In this document: piece by piece, positions 56,939 through 64,000 of the stretch
Position numbering within the stretch: position 1 is the first letter of the stretch
Layout of the letters: each line of letters begins with the position of its first letter
Virus record (IMG/VR): IMGVR_UViG_3300042970_000025
Length of the DNA stretch: 64,000 nt
Strand: one strand, 5' to 3'
Origin: a virus
Taxonomy: Duplodnaviria; Caudoviricetes
The notes under the pieces: generated by a model
The model's input: only the letters and a program-made list of their open reading frames with translations
Told to the model about the DNA's origin: nothing
Database searches by the model: none
Translations under genes and position numbers: made by a program

Positions 56939-57045
56939 GGATCGTTTTCCTCCTACCTTCTACTGGAGAAAAAGAAGCATTTTGAGCAAAAAAATCACGG
57001 CTAAAAGGAGTTTTCCTTCTAGCCGTATCAAGAAGTCATATTCAG

Positions 57046-57912
57046 TTAGAGCAGAGCCTTGATTTTGGCTATGGTCTTTGGGCCCGCAATTCCGTCAATT
57101 GCAAGTCCATGTTTCTGCTGGAAGATCCTCACTGCCTTTTCGGTAGCAGGGCCAAATAGACCATCGACATCAAATCCTGCCTTCATGATTTTGTTTAGGC
57201 ACTCCTGGAGCCGGATGACCTGAGAACCGCTGTCGCCTCGTTTCAGGTCGGTGGCAGGAAGGCTCATTTTACTAGCAGAAGTACTGCCTTTGTGATAGCC
57301 GTTGAATCCTCCTTTTTTGATGATGGAAGGATAGTCGATGTAGGCATAGTTCATATCCACGTTTCCACTAATCCCTGGGACCTTCCCAGAGGAGGAGTAT
57401 TGCCAGATGCCGTAATCCCCGCGGTAGCTGCATTTACCTGCGTACTGCGCTACCCAGTGGGCGATGGAATGGAGCTTCGCATCGTCCAGGCGATCCTGAA
57501 AACCGGAGTAGGTTGAAGCGTAGATTCCGGCATAGTAGCCTGCTTTTTCTAGCTCCTTGCAGAAAGCCAGGGCGGCCTTTGTGGTGCCGGAACGTTTTGC
57601 TGCCGGCTGCGCTTCACAGTCAAAGTAAACCGGATACTCCAGCTTTTTTCCTTTTAGAAGCCTGATGAACCTCTTCGCGTCAGCTCTTCCAGCTTCCGCT
57701 GTCACGCACTTCGGGCCGGCAAAGTAGTACGCACCGACTGCAATGCCGTTTGCCTTCGCTCCTTTGTAGTTGGCTTCCCATTTGCTGTCCGTATAGAAGC
57801 CGTCATCGGAGCCTCCAGCTTTGATGATCGCGAATCTGATACCAGAAGTCTTTACCTTTGCCCAGTTGATGTTTCCCTGCCAGTGGCTTACGTCTATGCC
57901 TTTACCTGTCAT
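57046..57912 (-). CDS. GH25 endolysin with PG-binding domain (prophage 2)
   Basis: Homolog of 4078..4944. Confidence 0.93.
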   Translation of the reverse strand: MTGKGIDVSHWQGNINWAKVKTSGIRFAIIKAGGSDDGFYTDSKWEANYKGAKANGIAVGAYYFAGPKCVTAEAGRADAKRFIRLLKGKKLEYPVYFDCEAQPAAKRSGTTKAALAFCKELEKAGYYAGIYASTYSGFQDRLDDAKLHSIAHWVAQYAGKCSYRGDYGIWQYSSSGKVPGISGNVDMNYAYIDYPSIIKKGGFNGYHKGSTSASKMSLPATDLKRGDSGSQVIRLQECLNKIMKAGFDVDGLFGPATEKAVRIFQQKHGLAIDGIAGPKTIAKIKALL

Positions 57913-58326
57913 TTAATTTTCCTCCTTTTCTGCCCGGTCATGAAGCTGCTCGAGCACAGCTTTCAGTTTCACTGGAATCGGAAGGCCCAGATGCCCGGCG
58001 TTTTCCAGTAAAGATACTCCTTCATTTGAGATGTAGAAGAAGATCACTGCAGTTCGTACAACGGAACCGGATTTTACGACGTAGATGTCGATCAGATTCG
58101 CAAGACCGACAAGTAAAAAAATGAGGACCTTCCTGCAGATCCCCTTAAACCCGACAGCAGATGATAACCGCTTGGCCGAAATGGCGCACATGACGCCTGT
58201 GATGTAATCGATGATGACGCATGCGGCGAGAAGAAAAATCAGCCCGTCGCAGCCACCGAGATAATACCCGATCCACCCGCCGAGTACGGCAAGAACTGCC
58301 TGATTAACTGCCCAGAATTCTTTCAT
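57913..58326 (-). CDS. Holin (prophage 2)
   Basis: Homolog of 4945..5358. Confidence 0.9.
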   Translation of the reverse strand: MKEFWAVNQAVLAVLGGWIGYYLGGCDGLIFLLAACVIIDYITGVMCAISAKRLSSAVGFKGICRKVLIFLLVGLANLIDIYVVKSGSVVRTAVIFFYISNEGVSLLENAGHLGLPIPVKLKAVLEQLHDRAEKEEN

Positions 58327-58342
58327 AGGTTGCTCCTTTCTG

Positions 58343-60568
58343 TTAAGCCGTCCGTTTCCAGACATTTACAACGAGATACGGCGGCATATTGTTGTGCGCC
58401 GCTCCGCCTCCCGCATATCCCGTGGTAAAGGAATGCGTATGGGAACCTCCGCTTACGGTACTGCTTCCGTGAGAATAGTTCTCCGAGTCTTTGGACCTTG
58501 GAAGTTTGTATCCCGATCCGGAAATATTTCCGGAATATGTATCTGCGCCGGTGTCACCATCTGTGGTCAGATGCACATATTTACCTGACCCGTAGCTGTG
58601 ACTGTGAGAACCTCCGCTGTCTGTAGTTCCAGTGTGCTGATGTGACGGCATCTCAGAAGCAGTAAGTGTATGTGCAGCTTCCCCTCCGGTATCTCCTGCT
58701 GTATATCCGTTTCCGGATGCCAGCAGGAACTGTCCGCTGACTGGTTCCCAGGTGCCTCCAAAAAGTGAAGCAGGAGAAACAGAATTAACCGACAGGTAAA
58801 TTGAGCCTACCGGATAGATCAGATCAACAAGCTCTTTTCCTCTGTAGGATAGCTTGCCGTTGAACCTGGCATCATACTGGCACTCAAATCCGTCGCCCTC
58901 TGAGATTTTCCCAATGGCCATGCCTTTTCCGCCTGCGTGAAAGTCCATAATGACTTCCGCCGTCTGCACGATAACCGAAGAGGAGAGTGTCGTGAAATCA
59001 TCGGTAACCGACAGCGTAAGTTTGTACCTGTTTGTCGAGGAGAAGACTTCGTAGCCACTGTTTCCTCTGATATCGAGTATTCCGGAGGCATGGTAGGAAG
59101 TCAGCGTCAGATTGATCGTTCCATTGGACGAGTCCGTCAGGTTCGTCCAGGTAAGAGTAGCTGCTTTTGTATTCTTATCATTCAGGGAGCTTATCGTGAT
59201 ATCGTAGGTTATCCGAAGAACCGTTCCTGCATCGTCTATGGCAAGTGATCCATCGGACTGCACAGACATTCTGATTGCGGTAAAAGTTCGGATCACAGGA
59301 TTGTTGTAAGGAAGAACGGTGACTGTCTTTTCTGCCAGCTTTGATGTTCTTCCTCTTGCATCCGTAACTGAAGCAGTAAAACTGCTGTCGCTCTCTTTGA
59401 TCACTTGATCGGAAGTAATCACTGAACTTGAGGAGGTTACTTCTGCTTCATCGGAAAAGCTTCCGGTATAGGTCTTAATCGGAGAGCTGTAACTTGCTGT
59501 TCCTGTGACTGTTATCTCTGGGATAGACTTTTCTGAGACAAATGCGCCGTAGTGCTGAAGAAGTGTCTCTGTGCCGTCTTTGCTGCAAGTCACGATATCA
59601 GAAACCGCTGTGATCTCTGCCTTTGGAATGACCGATGCAGGAACGATCAATGTGATTGCCGCGCGGTCTGTGGCAAGTACAGTATCCTCAAAACAGGTAT
59701 CCAGGCGAATTGTGCAGGACGCAGACTCCGCTTCGGTGATATGGTCAAGCAGGCTGAGAGGCGGCGTGAATGTTGTGCTTCCTACTACAGATGGATCGGA
59801 GATTCCGTCTGTTCCTGTCACATCGTTTACCGTATACGACAGGTGGTGCGTATATCCGGGATGGTTTCCCTGCGTATAGATTTCTGCTGAGCTTGACCCA
59901 TCGATCATGCAGGAGGAGTCCGGAAGATACAGCGTGCTTGTCCCCGGCCGGTAAAGTGCCAGGCTGCAGGTGTTGCTCCCAAGGGATGTATTTCCGTTAT
60001 ATGTGGTGCAGGTGATCGTGCACTTCCCGGAAGATCCTGCGGTGCACCAGGAGAATGGAATCATCCAGTTCACCGAAGCTTGCGCCGTTTGGGCTGCGAT
60101 CGTTGTACTTTTTCCATTCCAGGAAGCCGTCAGTGTATGGGTAAAGGATGAGGACTTCCGGTTCGTGTTGATGGTGATGGCAGACCCTAGTGTTCCTGAA
60201 GATGGGCATGTCGGAGCGGATTTTCTAGCGATCGTGGTGAGTGTTTTTGTTAAAGAATCTTTTACGGTTCCTGAGCTCGTGCTGGTTGCGTATGATGCAG
60301 AGACGGTCAGTTTCTTTGACCCGTCAGAGTTATGCTCGATATCCAGTGTTTTGCTGTAGATGGTATTGCTTCCGCTGGTCGTGTTGTTTGGATTTAAGCT
60401 GACAGATTTGGTATATTTGTCTCCGTCAATCACGACGGTGAGTTTCGGCGGGTTATGATCAAAAGTTCCGGAGGTCCATTTTGCCGTGACTTTGACCGTG
60501 ACGTTTGAGCTGTTCGAAGAGACCGAAGTACTGTTTTCGGTAATTCCAATGGTAATCGATGCTGGCAT
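58343..60568 (-). CDS. Minor tail/receptor-binding protein (prophage 2)
   Basis: 741-aa homolog of 5375..7600, largely identical. Confidence 0.75.
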   Translation of the reverse strand: MPASITIGITENSTSVSSNSSNVTVKVTAKWTSGTFDHNPPKLTVVIDGDKYTKSVSLNPNNTTSGSNTIYSKTLDIEHNSDGSKKLTVSASYATSTSSGTVKDSLTKTLTTIARKSAPTCPSSGTLGSAITINTNRKSSSFTHTLTASWNGKSTTIAAQTAQASVNWMIPFSWCTAGSSGKCTITCTTYNGNTSLGSNTCSLALYRPGTSTLYLPDSSCMIDGSSSAEIYTQGNHPGYTHHLSYTVNDVTGTDGISDPSVVGSTTFTPPLSLLDHITEAESASCTIRLDTCFEDTVLATDRAAITLIVPASVIPKAEITAVSDIVTCSKDGTETLLQHYGAFVSEKSIPEITVTGTASYSSPIKTYTGSFSDEAEVTSSSSVITSDQVIKESDSSFTASVTDARGRTSKLAEKTVTVLPYNNPVIRTFTAIRMSVQSDGSLAIDDAGTVLRITYDITISSLNDKNTKAATLTWTNLTDSSNGTINLTLTSYHASGILDIRGNSGYEVFSSTNRYKLTLSVTDDFTTLSSSVIVQTAEVIMDFHAGGKGMAIGKISEGDGFECQYDARFNGKLSYRGKELVDLIYPVGSIYLSVNSVSPASLFGGTWEPVSGQFLLASGNGYTAGDTGGEAAHTLTASEMPSHQHTGTTDSGGSHSHSYGSGKYVHLTTDGDTGADTYSGNISGSGYKLPRSKDSENYSHGSSTVSGGSHTHSFTTGYAGGGAAHNNMPPYLVVNVWKRTA

Positions 60569-60571
60569 AAG

Positions 60572-62230
60572 TTATCCTTCCTGATCTTCCAGAAGTTTAA
60601 AAGACAGATTCCCATTTGGCTGAGGGACAAAGGCAAAGTCGTCTTTTCCGTCACCTGAGCTTCCAAAGCGGATAGATTCCAGGATCCTTGCCTTTGTGAT
60701 CTTCATGGTGTCCGTATTAAAAAAGGCGGAGACAGCTCCGCCTGCGTAAAGGTTCATTCCTTGTTTGCTGATCGTCACTTTGTAGGGCGATCCTTCCTCT
60801 CCAATCTCAATCACCAGCTCTCCATCCACAGTAGCTGACCGGATGTACTTCAGCGGTTCATGAATAAGCGATAAGGCTTCTTTTGAAAAGTTGGAAATGA
60901 GGAGAGCTCCCGCTGCGATTTTTTCCGAGGTGATGGTCCCTTTTGCAATCTTGGAACCGTCGATACTGCCGGAGCCGTCATCTAAAGCCCATTCTTTTAA
61001 TATTTGCTTGGCTTCTTCTGTAGATGACTTGATGGATGGAAGCTCGGCCTGACCGTTAATGGCCTGCTTGGCCTGGTCAGATGCTTCCTGCACTTTACTG
61101 TCCAGATCATCCAGCCTTCCCGGAATGCGCTCAGTTCTTGCGACCTTCTCAGTGTGCACCGTTCCGTCAGAATCGGTGTAGGTGATTTCATCGTAGATGA
61201 CTTCTCCTGTTTCATCAGTGACGGTTTTGGTCTCTCCAACGAGCCCTGTGATGGTCTCGGTGATTCCGCCATCTCCGTAGACGTCATCCTGAAGGCCTGT
61301 GACAGAACTATCCAGGCTGTCTGCCGTTTGCTGGGCCTCATCAGCTGCCTGTTTTGCCGCGTCTGCTTTTGCGTTAATCTCGGAGAGCGACTCTCTCCAG
61401 GGCGTCGACAGGGCGCCTTCTTCCACTTTAAGGTTCGCAATGTCTAAGCTAGCGCCAGAAGGCATATTGGAAAGGTCAAAGGATAGATTCTGGGAAGATG
61501 CGGCTGCTCCAGGAGATAATGCCGTGGAGGAGTAGTGAACCCAGACGCCAGAATTATCGGTATCGATATCCGCAGCAGTATTGTCAATGTCAGAGAAGGC
61601 GATCTGAATATTGCTTCCATCGCTGTCCTGCATACGGACAGGAATCAGAAAAAGATCTGACATCCGGATGTCTGCTGATAGGGTGTAGCTGTTTCCTTCC
61701 GGCTGACTGGACAGCACATTTCTAAACTCTGCTGCGGAAAAGGAAAGGCTGTTTTTTCCTGAAGTATTGCAGGTCACAGTCAGGTAATTGACAGCATCTA
61801 AATCCGTGTAGATTCCTTCTTCATTTTCTGAAAGTGTAAGATTTCCGGAAGCGGACCAGCCGGTTATTCCTTGGTTTGTAGAAACGAGGAGGTTCACATT
61901 TCCAATCTCCGTGTCGGCGTTTCCCTGGGTTAAGGTGATGTCCATGGAGTTGATTTCCGTATCTGCAGAAAGGTCATCTGCCATATCTTCCAGTTCTTCC
62001 AGACGTTCTTCGATGTCATCGAAAGAGCCTGGATCATCGTCGGACTTTTCTATTTCTTGCCAGATGTATTTTGCCGGGTCCGTTGACTCGTCACTAGACT
62101 GGTCGGTGTAGCGCCCAATAAAAAGGGCATTGCTTGATTCTTCTAGGCTTAAGTTCGTCCCAGCTTCATCATCAGCCCAGGCGGCATGAAGGAAGAAATC
62201 TTGCTCATTAAACATTGTCTTTACTACCAT
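60572..62230 (-). CDS. Tail-associated protein (prophage 2)
   Basis: 552-aa diverged homolog of 7604..9262. Confidence 0.6.
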   Translation of the reverse strand: MVVKTMFNEQDFFLHAAWADDEAGTNLSLEESSNALFIGRYTDQSSDESTDPAKYIWQEIEKSDDDPGSFDDIEERLEELEDMADDLSADTEINSMDITLTQGNADTEIGNVNLLVSTNQGITGWSASGNLTLSENEEGIYTDLDAVNYLTVTCNTSGKNSLSFSAAEFRNVLSSQPEGNSYTLSADIRMSDLFLIPVRMQDSDGSNIQIAFSDIDNTAADIDTDNSGVWVHYSSTALSPGAAASSQNLSFDLSNMPSGASLDIANLKVEEGALSTPWRESLSEINAKADAAKQAADEAQQTADSLDSSVTGLQDDVYGDGGITETITGLVGETKTVTDETGEVIYDEITYTDSDGTVHTEKVARTERIPGRLDDLDSKVQEASDQAKQAINGQAELPSIKSSTEEAKQILKEWALDDGSGSIDGSKIAKGTITSEKIAAGALLISNFSKEALSLIHEPLKYIRSATVDGELVIEIGEEGSPYKVTISKQGMNLYAGGAVSAFFNTDTMKITKARILESIRFGSSGDGKDDFAFVPQPNGNLSFKLLEDQEG

Positions 62231-62239
62231 AGCGGCCTC

Positions 62240-62731
62240 CTACAAAACAGCGATCCAGTAAAACGAGGTGTCCGTGTCGCTGGAGCGGTAAAGGCAGAGG
62301 TCAAAACCCTTGGTCGTGACGCTCTTAACGCTGAAGGACACCATGTTGGGAGCCGCGGTGATCGGGGTGATGGTGACCGACGGGACAGAAGTAAAAGCCT
62401 TCGGAAAGTTCACGTGCTTGGTCACCACCTTGTTTTTCTTTGCGTCAACACGGGCGGACCCTCTCTGAAGGTTCCTTACCTTTACATTCTGACTCGAGTC
62501 GATCGTAAAAGGAGAAAGTGCCGTGCTTACTGCATCACTGACATTTTCGTTTACTTCGGTAATGACGCTTTGAAGCTCGCTGTTTAGGTTCGCCGCATTT
62601 AGCTGCGTTCCTTCTGTAGTGATGGTGCCTTCCGCACGGGTAAGGTCGAATGTGCCGAGGACTTCTCCGGTCTCAGAATTGGTCAGGGTGAAGCGCCCTG
62701 GATGCTCGACGACGCGGTCAATAAATGCCAT
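62240..62731 (-). CDS. Tail protein with H-type lectin-like domain (prophage 2)
   Basis: Homolog of 9274..9765. Confidence 0.65.
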   Translation of the reverse strand: MAFIDRVVEHPGRFTLTNSETGEVLGTFDLTRAEGTITTEGTQLNAANLNSELQSVITEVNENVSDAVSTALSPFTIDSSQNVKVRNLQRGSARVDAKKNKVVTKHVNFPKAFTSVPSVTITPITAAPNMVSFSVKSVTTKGFDLCLYRSSDTDTSFYWIAVL

Positions 62732-62743
62732 GATATAGCCTCC

Positions 62744-63115
62744 TTAATATCCACTCGAATAGCTTTCTGCTGCGTAAATCAGATCGCCGCTGTAGGAAGA
62801 TGCTTTCGTCTGATTGAGAAGTACCTCAATCCGGTCTTTAAACATCTGCGTTAGTTCTTCGACCTGGTTAAAGATCTCTGCGGTCATGTCGCTTCCTGGA
62901 AGAGGGGCATTGAGCCCGGTAACAGCGCTAAGCTGATTTAACGTAGTTAGAATCTGATTCCATTCAGTTACAGTCACAAAGTCATTTAAGCTGAAGTTCT
63001 CTTTCAGGTTTCCAGTTGGAAGAAGGACGTTTAGATTTCCGCAGATGCGGTTCATGTCCTCTGTAGTGACGCGATCTGAAGCAGTCCAGTCGGTTTTGGG
63101 TTCTTTCCATGTCAT
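62744..63115 (-). CDS. Tail module protein (prophage 2)
   Basis: Homolog of 9779..10150. Confidence 0.6.
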   Translation of the reverse strand: MTWKEPKTDWTASDRVTTEDMNRICGNLNVLLPTGNLKENFSLNDFVTVTEWNQILTTLNQLSAVTGLNAPLPGSDMTAEIFNQVEELTQMFKDRIEVLLNQTKASSYSGDLIYAAESYSSGY

Positions 63116-63126
63116 ATTCCACCTCG

Positions 63127-64000
63127 TTAACAGATCCCTTTCCGGTAGGTAACTTCCGCTTTCGTTCCTCCGCCTTCGTGAGTCAGGGTGATTGTTTCAA
63201 TCGTGCAGAGCTCCTCGCTTCCATCAAGCCGGTGAAAAGAAAACACGTCTCTAGGCTGCATGCGTGGGTCTCCCTTAAAGGTAAAAGAACCCGTGATGTT
63301 TGACCGGTTAAATAGATAGGCGTAGTTTGGGTAGAGCAGGGTGGTTCCACCGTAGATTTTCCCGTGAGAAATGGGATCAACCGTGATTGTTGTTCCTGGC
63401 CTTTTTCCAGAAGGAAGAATGGAGGAGTTCTCCATGGTTACCGTGACGGATTTTCCTTTGACGACGCACTGGTTCAGCTTTTTCGTCACCGTCTTATAGA
63501 TCGGCGTTCCTTTCTTCTTTCCCGTTTTATATTTCTTCCCGGATTTAACTTTCACCTTCTTAGAAACCGTCGTTTTCTTTGCGGTCCAGACGATCTTGCT
63601 TGCAGTAGCTAAGACGGACTTTGCGTTAGAAACCGTTAAATACCACCAATAACCTTCAGGCGAATGGGAATACCCTTTTCCAGCTTCTACGGATTTTGTC
63701 TCCAGAGTCTCTAGTTTATTAGACCTCACGGCTTTGCTGTGAAGGCCGTAGTCTGCGTCTGTTATGATTTTGGAGATATTCCGCTCGACGCTCCGGACGA
63801 CATCTCCACAGTCTTTTTCGTAGATGTCCCATTTTTTGATGGGCTTGCTCCAGGTGACTCTTGGAATCCCTGCATCTACAAAGGCTGGCCAGAAAGTCCC
63901 GTTATGCGATAAGTTCATGATGTCAGCTACGATCTCACGGGAGGACTGCTCGTCAAAGATCAAGGTGTAAGGAGATGAATTGCTGTTCGTATCCGGAGCA
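63127..64000 (-). CDS. Tail/baseplate hub-like protein, 3' part (prophage 2; 5' end outside window)
   Basis: Homolog of the C-terminal half of 10153..11937. Confidence 0.65.
   Translation of the reverse strand, partial: APDTNSNSSPYTLIFDEQSSREIVADIMNLSHNGTFWPAFVDAGIPRVTWSKPIKKWDIYEKDCGDVVRSVERNISKIITDADYGLHSKAVRSNKLETLETKSVEAGKGYSHSPEGYWWYLTVSNAKSVLATASKIVWTAKKTTVSKKVKVKSGKKYKTGKKKGTPIYKTVTKKLNQCVVKGKSVTVTMENSSILPSGKRPGTTITVDPISHGKIYGGTTLLYPNYAYLFNRSNITGSFTFKGDPRMQPRDVFSFHRLDGSEELCTIETITLTHEGGGTKAEVTYRKGIC

Larger units (their letters stand above)
52373..64000 (-). mobile_element. Prophage 2 (partial), tandem relative of prophage 1
   Basis: Same gene order (recombinase triplet, SHOCT-like, lysin, holin, tail genes) at about 52.97 kb offset, with diverged sequence. 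Continues past the window edge. Confidence 0.9.

Noticed and set aside
53146-64000. Simple assembly duplication of 177-11000
   Set aside because: The copies differ by many synonymous and amino-acid changes with intact frames, and have different flanking cargo.

Overview
Bacillota (Clostridia-like) chromosomal region, almost entirely mobile DNA. About 1-52372 is a near-complete temperate siphovirus prophage (prophage 1, genes mostly on the - strand). It carries a serine-recombinase triplet, GH25 endolysin and holin, tail genes, an HK97-type head and terminase, a ParB-methylase, a Gp157/Sak4/SSB/helicase/primase replication module and a sigma-like regulator. A divergent + strand defence cargo follows: ABC-three-component/Lamassu-like operon, XRE, SNF2 helicase-DUF4391-type III Mod/Res, GmrSD-like gene split by an amber codon, pseudogene debris and a Nim-like gene. 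A displaced 3' end of an rlmD/rumA-type gene (GHVETVALMSKKK*) at 52370-52411 marks the attachment junction. After it a second, related but diverged prophage begins in tandem (about 53 kb offset) and runs off the right edge. Signals not in the ORF track: (i) a 58-aa Cys/His moron between the tail chaperone and tape-measure genes, whose promoter has a G14 tract in the -35/-10 spacer (candidate phase variation); (ii) a two-hairpin terminator/antiterminator leader ahead of the early operon in a prophage with no recognisable CI/Cro pair, opposite a possible repressor-HNH effector fusion; (iii) a fixed-spacing bipartite motif CTTG(C/A)TAT-N11-AGAG(T/C)GA in front of the recombinase operon and three small-gene cassettes near cos; (iv) a -1 frameshift site in the tail chaperone. 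All family assignments come from motif recognition by eye, not database searches.
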